Positions 20,770-38,830 of a stretch of DNA of 38,830 nt are shown here, one piece after another. Below the pieces are notes generated by a model. The model did no database searches, was not told the DNA's origin, and saw only the letters and a list, made by a program, of their open reading frames with translations. How positions within the stretch are numbered: position 1 is the first letter of the stretch; the number at the start of each line of letters is the position of its first letter. This stretch comes from Guillardia theta CCMP2712 (taxonomy: Eukaryota > Protista > Cryptophyta): the NCBI RefSeq assembly GCF_000315625.1, contig NW_005434611.1:425649-464478 (forward strand). The letters are read 5' to 3'. A program made the position numbers and the translations under genes.

Positions 20770-23659
20770 ATTGCCTGTCATCAACCTCTCAGACACAGTG
20801 TGATGTGAATGATCTTGCGCTCTACTACTGGCTGTATAGCTCCCCACTGCCTGCTACGCCGGGTGCCCTACCGTCTACTAATCTCTCTTTACACAGCATC
20901 CTCAGGGTTCCTCGCTTTCTCTTGATCTATGTCATACCCTCCTCTGTTCATCTCACCTTCCTCACTCCTTCCTCTTCCTATGTTGGCAAACCGACTCTAT
21001 TCTTCGACGAGCTCGCTCCACCAGTCTCCTCCTCACCTTGACCCGCCATTTGCACCGCCCACAACAGTCGCTTCGTTTTTTTTGTGCTTTCTTTCTTTCT
21101 TTTTATCGTAAAACTCCAGGCCGGCCGGGCCTGGACGGTAGTTACTTTACTGAAAGGAAGACTGCCGGGAACTGCCGGGTGCTGCTAGCTAGCAGAACAG
21201 GAGCAACACCAGCATCACAAAACGCAACCAATAAAACACTTTTTAAAAAAAAGTCTTTAGGAACAATAATAAAAGTAATTTAATTCATTACCGCTGCCTT
21301 TGCCCATGTTTGGAGACAGTATCATAGGATAACTAAAACTAATATAGAACTGACATTTCATTACCAAGAATCATACAAATATTTGTAAACCCTTTTGAGC
21401 TTTCTGAGTTACCCGGGGCTGGTACACAACAAACTGGGGGAACAGAAGCGGACCATATGTGAAAGTAACTTATTTCAGATCCTGGCTTCGTAGTAAACTT
21501 GGGGAACAGCCCCTGCAGGAGGCCAGGGGTTGACTTGAGCTTTATAGTGAAGAAACACGGGGAATAATCATAACCCCTACCTCTTTCTGACACACTTGAT
21601 TGGACCCGTGATTGAAGCTTGATACCCTGACTTGACTATATCAGTTCCTAAAACCTTTTGTAAATTCCTCCACCCTACCCCGGCTGTCTGTGCTGATGCT
21701 TTTCTATCACCCCCTTTGGCCACTGTTTTCCCCCAGTTGACCCCCCACCCCCCTCAAAATCATCATGACCCTACCGCCTGTCTGTACCACCCACTTTCTC
21801 AAACAATCTTATACCTCTTTCTACCTTGTGTACAGAAACGCATACTTTCTAAGTGATAACACTATGATAAAATCAATACCCTTCAAACATTCTGTTCACA
21901 CCTCCCCCACTCCCCACAATCTTCACATGCTCGTCGCTCTCTCTCTCAGGGTACCACCCAGGGACCAACGAAAATGTCCCTGGAGGGCAGCTCTGTTATT
22001 CCTCCTATACTACCCCCTACCCCCCTAAAATGAAGTAGTACGGATTCGAAATGACCCCCTTATTTGAGTCAAACTGAACCCTACCCACTGGGAGGAGTCT
22101 GCGCTTACAGCCAGTGCTCCTCTTCCCCAATTGGGACCAAAACATATAAAACTTTGTTTTTCATAATTCCGCTACAGGTTGGCTGGCGTTGTAGGGGCCC
22201 TCAAAGCCCAAGCAGACATCCTTGAGGATTGTATATGTAAACTTAAAGAAAATTGGGCTATCATTGAAGCTTTGGATCAATTGCAGCGCCTTCCTACCAT
22301 CGGACACGCTATTGATAACTTCGTCACAAACCAACTCACATATACCCCTGCATATAAAATTCTGATCATCCTACAAGTGTTTTGAAACGTATATGTATTA
22401 TTCAATGCTACTGAATTGGTTCACAGAGAGTAGGGAAACGTTTTTTAATGAATATTAAAAAATATAGTTTTTCAATAACTTTCTCCAACAAAGCTTTGTA
22501 CCGTCTCTGAAATCTTAAAACGTGGAAGCGTTTTATAGACTGTACCTAAGTTTTCTGATTCCCAAAAGACTGTTTCTGATCCCTATCACTTTGAAGTGTG
22601 CGGTACAAACTAAACCAATTTTGTATGGAGACTTTGGTACTGTGTTCCCAACGATTGACCTTCATAAAACAAATTTAAGTAATCGGAGGGTTGTAACTTG
22701 CCATAAAGGATCTCGAGCACCCACCCCTGATTGTTTGCGATCTGGGGACGGGTACGGAAACTCCTCTGCACACCTCGATTGTGGCAAGTGCTTAAAGTTT
22801 TGTTGTTTTCAATGTTTAGTACCCGTCATCATCTAACCACAATTGATACAAAAGCATGGTGGGGTAGTACAAGACTTTCACAACTTTGAATGTCAATGTG
22901 TCCCAGGCCAAACTTTCAACACGAGGGATAAAAAAATCGATGGGGCATAGCCCACGACCACCCTACCCATTTCATTCATTCTTCGGTACCCACCATTAAC
23001 TTGGACACTGATCTCATGGAAAATAGTTGGGTAGCTAAATACCCACCCTGGTATTTAGCAACTGTGATGAGACTACCCCACCTATCCATTACCACTGGGA
23101 TACAGGGGGGTTAACTGACTGGTCTCATTGCAAACCGACGTCCAAGGGGGTGACGGCACCACCCACCCTCCAATACGCCATTAGGTATTGGAAACACTAC
23201 GGGATCCGACCGCCTGGCCGACCCCCTGAATACGTAAGTCCTGCTGAATCTTAAACAATTGCTTTTATAATCTGCTACAAAATGGAATATAAAAGACAAT
23301 ATAAAGAATTTATATGTAATATAAATGTTTTTCCATGTTTTTTGAAGCTCCTGAGATATTTTCATTGGGCCTGGTAACGGGTGTCAGAAGACTTTTAGGT
23401 TGTAAAACTATTTTATCTCTACAATCCAAGTTTTTGAGAACTCCTTATTCACCCTGACCTCTCCCCCCCTCCGTCACCCTCTACTCTTACCCCGTTTGCA
23501 TCCACGCGCACCACCTGTCCTTGGTCTCCTCTTTCTTGTTTTGCTTTGGCTTTCCCTCCCTCCCTCCGTCTCTTTTGCCTTGTCCTTGTCTTTGTTCATA
23601 TTCCTGTTTCGAGAAATCTACCCTGTTCAATTTATTCCATTCCATCACCGAACGACGAA

Positions 23660-24310
23660 ATGAAAATCTTTGCACTGGCGGTGTTGTTTGCCTTGGCCAT
23701 GCCTGTGACTGCGTTGAACTACCAGAGCGTGCAGCCGGCATACACAGCGCAGGCTTCTGCATACGATATGAATCAGATCCATTCTCTCCCAGTGCCAAAG
23801 AACATGGAGCAGGATTATCGTGAAATGCGCATTGGTACCCCCTACGATGAGGAAGAAATGTACCACGTTGCCCGTGTTGCCTCCATTCGTGGTGGTATGG
23901 GTGAGATTGAAGACTTTGAGAGCGAATACAAGAGCATGAGAATGGGCAATGTCTTCGAGGACAACGAGATGTTTTCAGCTCCACGCGTGGAATCAATGCG
24001 CGGTGGGGCGGCTCCCCACCACACTTCTTCGTTTTACGAGAACCAGTACTCGCAGTATAGAATTGGCTCTGTATTCGAAGATGAGCTTCCTGCTCCCGCA
24101 CCGGCTGGCTTCAAGAGAAGCCTTTCACTCCGTGGAGGAGGAGCTGATGACTTCGAGAAGGAATACCGGGAGATGAGGATGGGCTCCTTGTTCGATGAGA
24201 ACGAGATGGAGGCTCCTCGCATCGATTCTCTCCGTGGTGGTGGTGAGGTCAATTCAAAGGATGTTGAGAAGAGCTATTCGGAACTGCGCATCGGCTCTGT
24301 CTTTGATTAA
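23660..24310 (+). CDS. Signal-peptide repeat polyprotein (216 aa): five YxxxR[IM]Gxx[FY][DE] modules separated by four S[ILM]RGG motifs
   Basis: Intronless ORF from ATG 23660. MKIFALAVLFALAMPVTA is signal-peptide-like. The repeats are conserved as protein but diverged as DNA. Confidence 0.85.
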   Translation: MKIFALAVLFALAMPVTALNYQSVQPAYTAQASAYDMNQIHSLPVPKNMEQDYREMRIGTPYDEEEMYHVARVASIRGGMGEIEDFESEYKSMRMGNVFEDNEMFSAPRVESMRGGAAPHHTSSFYENQYSQYRIGSVFEDELPAPAPAGFKRSLSLRGGGADDFEKEYREMRMGSLFDENEMEAPRIDSLRGGGEVNSKDVEKSYSELRIGSVFD

Positions 24311-27300
24311 TTAGTTACCGCGTGTGATGATTTACATTTCTTTCTTATAATGTTATTGTGTATAGTTAGTAAAACTTGGAAATCAGCCTGCAGAGTATGA
24401 GGTTACAGCGGCTGCGTTCGAGCATCTCAGATTCACGATAGTAACACATTGAGCCACGTATCGAGGATCGGACCGTCCGAGGTTGCGTTCGAGCATGGCA
24501 CTGCGGCACGATCATGATCCTGAGTACTGTGACACACTGGGCCTCGGAGTACGGTCGTGGCAAACTTTCAGTATCGAGGATCGGATCGGACCGTCCTCAC
24601 TGTCATGTTCATTAGGTTTGGTTCTCGCTGTCTCTTCTCGCCGTTTGGCCAGTGCGACAGTGTCAGGGTCAAGCCTCCTCGAAAGTTCCGAGCCCAGTGG
24701 AACTGGGACTCCCGGACTGGCGGGTCCCGAACCGCCGGACCCAGCCCGGCCCGATCACCACACTGACAGCCAGTGACGGTGAGACGCATACCCGGCGTGG
24801 AATCCCCGGGAGCCCGGTTTGTAGCCCCCGGTTTTTCGAAGCCTCGTTTACCGTTTGCGGTAGGGGTGGGGCCGAGCCAGGTCAGGGGTGGGCGGCCAGG
24901 GGGTGGGGCGAAAGTGCGAAGTTTGAGGGGGGATGAGGGGATCCGACCAACAAAGGAGAATTGGTTCGCTTATGAAGGGGGGTAGGGTGGTGATTTGGGG
25001 GTGGGGTACAAACAAAGATTTCAATGCCACCTGGCGAGGGTGCAACTGGTATCAAATTACTACTACCTCTGTCCTGGTATGTCATCGACCCTGGGAAGGG
25101 GTGGGGGCCTTGTTGCCGCCAACGATGGGTGGGGTGGTGCAAGTTTGCCCTGGGGTGGGTGGGGGTAGTCACGGGGGCATGCGGTGAGGGGGACTGGGGG
25201 AAGGGTAGCAAAGGGGATTACACTACCCCCACCCCACTTTTGTTTCACATAACCCCATGAAATGATGGATAAATCACCCGTACTTACCTATGTGATACCA
25301 ACCCCCACTCCTATTAGTACCCCTGCTTCAGGATAAGTCTGTATCCAAGCTTTCGACGCTCATCAGGACCCTACCCCCTAGGCTTACTACAGCCCCACCC
25401 CACTCTACCTTTACCCCACCCCTCCGAGACTTCACTACCTTTCCTCCCAAAGCGTCGCCTTGGAGGACCCCAAGTTTGCCTTCAAGTCAACTCGAAAGAC
25501 CCCTCCGTTTATCACCCCCACCCCTGGATATGGCTCCACTATCCTACCGCTATAAACTATCAGTTCTGTATTCTCTGCAATCAACCCCACCCCCCTCAAC
25601 GACCACCCCTCTTTTGTAATATACACCCCTCCTTTCCCCCTTTTGTACCCCGTCATATCTCGTATCTCAAGAAATTGTACACTACCCACCCATACTTTTG
25701 GTATCCCAACCCCTGAAAGGAGGACCCCACCTCCTAGTGGTGTGACTTGCTATGGCTGCAGGGAAGGAGTGGGAGGGCAACATGCCTCGTCCCCTGCCTC
25801 TTCCTCCTCCCCTCCCTTCCTCTCATCCCCTTGGAGCCAAGGACTATCCTTACAGCTGAACGCCCGACGCCTCTCTTCCTCCCCATCCGAGACTCTCACC
25901 CCTACAGAATCATTTCCTTGCCCCCTTCACCTTACTCCTCGTCGAGCTTTACCTCCATACTTTGTTTCGAACCATCTATCTCTTCTGGTTCCCTTGCGTT
26001 TGTGCTCATCTTGATTAGACTGCTACCTCTCGTTGAGCCTCTTCTACAACAAACTTCAAACACTCGATCTTCGCTTAAATTCAAGAAAGCCAGATACAGA
26101 ACCATTGTTTTATTTCCGGTCAAGTGAAGCGCCTCGCCGCCAGTTCCTTTGGCCGCCATCTCATTTATCTTTTATTGGTTCAAAGATTCAGTTGATTCCT
26201 GGTCAAGTGATCTTGGAGCTTGGAAAGCTGATTGTTTTGTGCTTTTCCGAGATTTTGGTAGATTCTTATCAATGCAGGTATAATCAGCATGCTTGAGGAA
26301 TGTTTGCATGCATGAAAATTGTAGCAGTTTTTGCATCATGTTTGATGTCTTCCTCCAATGCTCTTCTGTTCCTCATCATCTCTGCAGGATGCAAACACTG
26401 GGTTCTTCCAACAATAAGACATAGCGAAGGATCCGGATAACCTGAAGATGGAAATATCCGGGGAAAAACGAAAGCAAGACGCTCCTATGAGCGCTCATGA
26501 CTCAAACATGGAGAGATCTCCTTTTTCACCGGCAAACCGAGATGTACCTTGGCAAACAATCAAGGTGCCAAGGAAGAAAGGCTCGTCAAAGAGTATCATG
26601 TCAGTCACAATCACTCTGGTTGTGCACTCGATAGTTGATACTCTGCAGTGACGAGCTTTACTCCATTCCTGCGGGTGTAGTATCTGCAGCTCCGCCGATT
26701 CAACAGGTCCTCTTGCACCTTGATCTCCTTTTCATGATGTCAGTCATGGCAGGGTTTCGAAACTTCTTCACTCCCCCTCCAAATGAATTTCACCAACGGC
26801 AAAGACTCTCACCTAACCAGTCAGAATGGTGGTGTGAGTGTAGATCTCTTGAACAGGTGGGCTGTGAAGTAGGTTATGATCACATTTCACTAAAACCTGC
26901 TTGTATCAGATACAATGTAAACCAACAAACAATCCAGTCACAAGTAAGATCGTGTCGCCTCTTTTCAGACTTGAGACAGAATAATTTGCGTTGTGTAGAT
27001 GTACATACTTTCGCAATTGGCAGCATATCAGGCTAGTCAGCAGCATCAAGATCCTCTCGTTATGCCGGTACGTATCCCTTCGCTTATTTACCATGACGAT
27101 TGAGCGCTGAGTTGGTAGGGGTGGAACGCGCAGAATTTTCAGATGAATGAGAGAAATCTGAATTTCAATGCTCTTTATCAGGTGAAGAAGTTTGTCAGGA
27201 TTGTTTTTGTTCAGCTGACATGTTGTCATAGGGAGCAGGGAATACCTTAACTGCCACACAGGTCTGGATCTTGATATTTGTGTGTGGAACATTACAACAT

Positions 27301-27415
27301 GTCGCTGAACCTGATGCCTTTCAGAGCATGGGAGGAGTGAATAATGCTTGCAATGGAATGAGCAGCACTAGTCAGGTTGAAGATCTCCTTTTCATGTAGA
27401 GTTGATCCCTGAGCT

Positions 27416-29295
27416 TTGCTGCAGTCATTTGTAGGGATGCAACCTCCCTTCCTCAACCAGAATCTCAATGTAGGAAACTTCAAGCAAGTCTGGCATCAGA
27501 ATGACTCCGTGTGGAACTCATCAAATCAACGCAACCTCCCGATTTTCCCACCAGCCACGTTGAGCATGAATATGAACTTGAATGTCAACAGCGGGGGTTT
27601 GTGGAATGTTCCAATGAATGTGGGAGCCGGGATCAGATTCCATGATCACCAATCGCATCTTCAATCCCAGCCAGTATGTCAACAAGAGAGTCTTCACATC
27701 CCCTCGACATATTCCGAAGTTTGTTCTTCGAACCAGCCTTTGTGTCCTGTCCAGCATGCAAAGACCGGATTTTCGGCCTTCTCTAAGGTGACCAAGATGA
27801 AGAAGCAGAATGGACATCAACAATGTCAAGTTGGTGAGCGGGGAAGCAAGAAGTCAAAACCTCTGTTGAAGCTTACTCGACAGGTAAGAAAATGATTCTC
27901 AGCATGATGTGTCTGATACCTTGTTTTTCTTTTTGCTTCCGACTTCCCTTGCTTCCTTCCTTCCAACCTTCATCGTGCGCTTCATTACCAGTTGTTGCCT
28001 ACATACAAGGGGATCAACAGCAGGTATTTCGTAAGACAGAGCAAAATCCTTGGGCGCAAAAGAATCTACAATGAAGGCTTCGACGATGAGGCTGGCGATT
28101 ACATCGTTCGTGCAGGAGACATCATCAATGAGAGATATCAGATATCAGTGAAGCAAGGGTCAAAGACTCCTATCTTGGGAAAGGGATCGTTCGGTCAAGT
28201 TGTATATGCCTTGGACCTGATCGAAAACTTGGGGGTTGCACTGAAGATCATCAAGAACCAGAAGCATTTTCACGAGCAAGCCAAGACAGAGATCGAGCTG
28301 CTCAAGAAGTTTCTAAGAGTTCCTGTGCCAGACTCGATCCCAATCTCAGAGTCGATATACAACGGGGGAAGATACCTACCTTGCACAGAGTGGGTGGAAT
28401 ATGCAAATGTTGTTAGGATGTTAGATACTTTTATTTTTCGGAATCATCAGTGCCTGGTCTTCGAGCTGCTTCCGATGTCTCTCTACGACCTTTTGAAGTT
28501 GTCCAAGTTCAAGGGCTTCCCCTTGTCTCTCGTCCGGAAGTTCGCGAGGAACATCTTGCACAACCTGGAGGCTCTGCGGGCACCGGAGGTGGATGTTATC
28601 CACTGCGACCTGAAGCCAGAGAACGTGATGCTCATCAAAGCGAACGAGCACAGGATCAAGGTGATCGACTTCGGATCAAGCTGCTCCTCGGGTTACAGAC
28701 CGTTCACGTACATCCAGTCTCGATTCTACAGGTCTCCGGAAGTTCTTCTCTGCCGCTCCTACTCGTATGCAATCGACATGTGGTCATTAGGATGCATCAT
28801 GGTTGAGATGCACACTGGAAGCCCGTTATTCAATGGGAAGAACGAGTACGAGCAGATGCAAAAGGTTCGCTGCTGTTTCCTTCTCTCTCTCATTCCCCCC
28901 CTGTACCTCTCCTCCTTCCTCGTCCTTCTCACTCAGTTCCCTGTGCCAGCCCTGTTGCACTGGATTCCTCCTCACTTTTCTTCTGACAGATCTGCGAGAT
29001 GTTCGGGTTCCCTCCAGACCATATGCTGCAGCAGGCAGGTTCCAAGTCGAAGGTCAAGAACATGTTCCGCAAAGGGAGCAACGGAGGGTGGAGGATGTGT
29101 TGGCCGGGAGAGCGCGAGATTGTTACCAAGTCAAGGATCATGCGTGAGGTCATCAGGAAGCCGAACTCGACAGAGACGGAGCAGACGTACATGCTGCTGG
29201 AGGACTTGCTAGAGAAGATCTTGACTCTCGACCCGGAGGTTCGCTGCACGCCTACTGAGGCTCTGCGTCATCCTTTCTTCACTTCCAATCCGTAG
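27416..29295 (+). CDS. DYRK-family dual-specificity kinase; further 5' exons possibly from about 26448
   Basis: DH box NEGFDDEAGDY, LGKGSFGQVV, VALKIIKN, HCDLKPEN, IDFGSSC, FTYIQSRFYRSPEV, IDMWSLGCI. Intron about 28865-28990. Ends LTLDPEVRCTPTEALRHPFF. Confidence 0.92.
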
Positions 29296-29641
29296 ACGCC
29301 AGAGGGTAAATGAAGAAGGGCAGGGGAGAGGGAGAGGGAGAGGGAGAGGGAGCTCGCGTTGATCTTGAGATGGTTGTAGATACTGGGGACTGATTCCAGC
29401 GCCATTGATGGCGGACGGACAAGGGGGACGAGATGAGGACTTGAAGAGCTGAGGGAAGAGTGAATGGGAGGAGGATAGCTCATGAAGTCGATGTCAAATT
29501 ACAGCCAAAGAGTTGCTATCATTATTCAAAAGTACACCGTCGATTACTCAAGACAAAAAAAAAACAAGATTTTCACAAAATTTTCTTAATTCTGTTGTAA
29601 ATCCGACTCGTCTAGTATCTAACCATCGGCATCGTCTTCTT

Positions 29642-31400
<1,759 letters not shown>

Positions 31401-33153
31401 TGCTTCGGTGGTGTGACGCGGAGATTCGGGGGGTGGGGGTAGTAGCGAACGAAGGCCCGTCGGTGGGTACTCGTCAAATTTTGGAGGGGTGGGTGTGAGG
31501 CTTACAGGGGGTAGGGTAGAGAAAAGAAAGAGGGTGGTTCTCTACTTGTTGCTTGATCCGCGTGTAGAAAACTAGGTAGGGTGGTATAGATTACGATTAC
31601 TACCCGGTTGAACGAGTTCAACAAGGGGGTAGTCAAGTTTGATGGTCATGCTAAGAAAGGGTAGGTTATCACAGTTCCATTAGTGGGTGGATCGACTTGA
31701 ACTGTGGGGGTAGGGGTAGGAATTTGAGACTGGTGGAAGGGGGTGGGGTATGATGATACTTTGAGATCTCAGGTTGAGGTGGGGGGTGGTCGATGAGAGT
31801 TCAAGACTTTCGATCACATTGAGGGGTGGGGTGGTATGAGTCGGCTAGGTGGGACAGATGGGGTAGCATGGGGTAGTGGTGTAGTTTGATAGGGTGGGGT
31901 GGTGCAGAAAGGACATGGTTGGGTTTCCCAATGTACCCTACCGTTTCCACCTAGGCCCCACAATGACTACCCCACCCTCCTAGTGAAATTCGTTCATGAC
32001 CCCACAGAATGGTAGGGTGAACCCTACCCGTGTTCAGTTGTCATCCCATAGATACTATCTGTGACACGAGCTACCCCCTTCGATTGAATCAGTACCCTAC
32101 CCCCCTTTATCAAGCACCCCCACCCTCCTTCACTGCTTCCTACCTCTCATCACCCACATCCCCACTCCAGTACCCTTGTCTCCCTACCACCTATCAACTC
32201 CCCACCCCCCTTGAGGACGAAATTATGAGGTGTCCTCAGTACCCCACCCTATCTAAGATACGGATTGTGAGAGCCTTCCAGAGGGGGTACAATACATGAC
32301 CCACCGAGAAAAAGCCAGTGGTAGTGAGCTATAAAGGTAGGGTGGGGTGGTGATTTGAGTGAGTGGGCTGAATGTGAAGAATGGGGGTCAGTGACCCAGG
32401 GAGGAGGGGAAGGGGGGGGGGAGGGGTTCTTGGATGAGGATAATGACGGGTAGGGTAGGGTGCTCCTACATGTGGAGTATTCTGTACGGGTGGGGTAGCT
32501 TTTCAAATAAAAATAATTTACACATGTCGTAAAATAGAATCTGATGTTTTATACAGTACCGCTAACATTTGAATTTCAATTAATATGTTTTTGAGGAACA
32601 TCGTGGTACAGTTGATAAAGCCAATTAATGAAGGCGTACCAAAACAAATTTGTACCAATTAAATTATATGTACAGGAAATATTACCAGCACGAGACTTGA
32701 AGTACGGAAAGATTAACTACCAGTGCTCACAGTCAGTACTGCAGCAGAACCCTTGTTCCAACGAGAAGCTTCGAGAAGAGAAGCGCCGTCAGCAAAGCCT
32801 GGTCAGCAGTGGGGACGAGGGGCCGGACCCGCCCGGGACAGGCTTCTGAGTGTCCGTCACGGTCAGCCTGCCGCCTGATCATGCCGCAGTGCGGAACTCA
32901 GTGTCGGCCCCCGAACACAGCCCGGCGGGCCGCTGTGGAGCCGGGCCCCGGCGGCGTACTATCGCAGTGACCGACTCCGCCCAGTCGGCGAGACGCGCGG
33001 CCGCCGGGGCCCACCGTCCGATGGGCCACGCCGGGCCCGGGCTCGGGCCCGCCGGTCACTGACCGAGGTCACTAGCCCCGGCTGACTTGAACGGCACCGG
33101 CGGGCGGCGGCCCGGCGGTCAGTGACCCGAACAGATTCATGATGGGATCCAGC

Positions 33154-34516
33154 ATGACGGAGCGACTGTACCTCGAGGACAGCTACAGGTAGAGCAGAGA
33201 GAGGGGAGGGAGCAGAGCAGAGCAGAGCAGAGCAGAGCAGAGCAGAGCAGAGCAGAGCAGAGCAGAGCAGAGCAGAGCAGTGCAGACAGTTCAGTGGAGA
33301 CAGCAGATGCAAGATTTCAGCATAGATACGAGGTCCAGGAGGGAGAGGAGAGTTGGGTCAATGGNNNNNNNNNNNNNNNNNNNNNNNNNNNNNNNNNNNN
33401 NNNNNNNNNNNNNNNNNNNNNNNNNNNNNNNNNNNNNNNNNNNNNNNNNNNNNNNNNNNNNNNNNNNNNNNNNNNNNNNNNNNNNNNNNNNNNNNNNNNN
33501 NNNNNNNNNNNNNNNNNNNNNNNNNNNNNNNNNNNNNNNNNNNNNNNNNNNNNNNNNNNNNNNNNNNNNNNNNNNNNNNNNNNNNNNNNNNNNNNNNNNN
33601 NNNNNNNNNNNNNNNNNNNNNNNNNNNNNNNNNNNNNNNNNNNNNNNNNNNNNNNNNNNNNNNNNNNNNNNNNNNNNNNNNNNNNNNNNNNNNNNNNNNN
33701 NNNNNNNNNNNNNNNNNNNNNNNNNNNNNNNNNNNNNNNNNNNNNNNNNNNNNNNNNNNNNNNNNNNNNNNNNNNNNNNNNNNNNNNNNNNNNNNNNNNN
33801 NNNNNNNNNNNNNNNNNNNNNNNNNNNNNNNNNNNNNNNNNNNNNNNNNNNNNNNNNNNNNNNNNNNNNNNNNNCGTAACCCCTTCCCTCCTCCCCCTTC
33901 TCCTCCTCCTCCTCCTCCTCCTTCCCGTTCCTCTCTCTTCTTCCCTCTTTTTCCCCTTCTTCCCTTCCTCCCCCTCGCTACGCTAATCCTCCAAGCCTCA
34001 CCCCCTTCCCTCTCCCTCTCCCTCTCCCTCTCCCTCTCCCTCTCCCTCTCCCCTCTTCCCTTCCCCTTCCCCCTCCCTCTCCCCTTCCTCCTTTTCCGCC
34101 CTCTCCTTGCACGTCTCTGACTCCTCAAGCAGCGCCTTGTGTCGAGTACATCGGTCAGATCCCCCCGGAGGAGCGAGCTCTTGCCTGCGAGAGGGTCCAG
34201 CAGGAGTGTGCGCGGCTGATCCAGGAGGGTCATGAGGTCCAAGTGATGACTGTGGAGGACCCCTCCTCCCTCCCCGAACTCTGCGGGCCACTTGCTCCTC
34301 CTTCCACGGTGCTCGGAGGCGGCGAGGTGGGAAGAGGAGCTGACAGGGGTGCAGGAGCAGCGGGGCATGCGGCTGGTGAGGGTGGTGGGGAGCTACTGGT
34401 GGTGCCCGTGTGGAGGGACGCATGTGAAGGACGTGAGAGAGATCGGGGAGATCAAGGTGACAGCAATCAAGATCAAGCGAGGAGTTCTCAAGGTCTCCTA
34501 CAACCTCGGAGATTGA
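33154..34516 (+). CDS. alaX: Free-standing alanyl-tRNA editing protein (AlaX-M-like), middle lost in N gap
   Basis: N-terminal MTERLYLEDSY and C-terminal MRLVRVVGSYWWCPCGGTHVKDVREIGEIKVTAIKIKRGVLKVSY (CGGTH motif). The HxxxH motif is not visible and may lie in gap 33365-33874. Confidence 0.8.
33211..33280. repeat. (AGAGC)n microsatellite in AlaX intron 1
   Basis: Direct reading. Confidence 0.95.
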
Positions 34517-35004
34517 TAGCTTCCCGCCCTTCTCGCTCCTTCTTGTCCCCTGCTGTCAATCGCTCCATCCCATCTCCCCCTCCACCCCATCCTCCCCTCC
34601 TCGCCCTTCCCTCCTTTATCTCCTTCTCCCTCCCTCCCCTCCTCCTGTTCTGCTGGTTCCGCTAGAGCTGCTTCCTTGGTGTATCTCATGTTTCCCTTCC
34701 ATTTATTTTACAGCTCACGCGATTCTCTTGATGTCAAACCCTCGTTCCATCACGTACTGCCTGAGGACCTGACAGCTGAGGTCATCCCTCGCACAAGATG
34801 CTTGGGAGGGAGGCGATAAGTTGAGTGGGAGGGAGGGGAGGAGACAGAGCAGGAGCAGGGGCAGGGGCAGGGGCAGGGGCAGGGGCAGGGGCAGGGGCAG
34901 GGGCAGGGGCAGGGGCAGGGGCAGGGGCAGGAGGACTTTGGGGAAGTGTAGAGAACGCAGGCACGGGGCTGTGGCTTGAAGGCTACCTCCTTCCCCCCGG
35001 GTCG

Positions 35005-38830
<3,826 letters not shown>

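Noticed and set aside
21300-23450. Lower-GC intergenic block as a transposon or viral insert
   Set aside because: No transposase, RT or capsid motifs and no terminal repeats seen; only short ORFs.
23546-23659. Upstream extension of the polyprotein ORF given in the ORF track
   Set aside because: It begins at TTG in pyrimidine-rich leader sequence; ATG 23660 opens a clean signal peptide.
33280-34368. Long ORFs spanning N runs
   Set aside because: Artefacts of translating assembly gaps.

Overview
Eukaryotic nuclear DNA with many 43-50 nt GT-AG introns, microsatellite-filled introns and six N gaps. It is most consistent with an alga with a complex red plastid, probably a cryptophyte; this is inferred from the signal+Phe leader on LdpA, the short introns and the RWP-RK type. 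Genes in order: Sfi1-like centrin-binding repeat protein (+), hypothetical (-), intronless F-box-like/XPA-like Zn-finger protein (+), hypothetical (+), bacterial-type glutamyl-tRNA synthetase (-), a chimeric OTU deubiquitinase with an LRGG leader, a degenerate P4-ATPase actuator domain and a PUB domain inserted in the OTU fold (-), RWP-RK factor (-), plastid-targeted LdpA Fe-S protein (-), a signal-peptide polyprotein of five repeats separated by ubiquitin-tail-like [LIM]RGG sites (+), DYRK kinase (+), UBC4/UBE2D E2 (-), free-standing AlaX editing protein (+), and an LRR protein (-, partial). The most interesting signal is a possible 'RGG-processing' system: ubiquitin-C-terminus-like motifs in endomembrane-targeted precursors, plus a DUB-PUB protein that carries the same motif. 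All calls come from reading motifs by eye; no searches were run and exon boundaries are manual.
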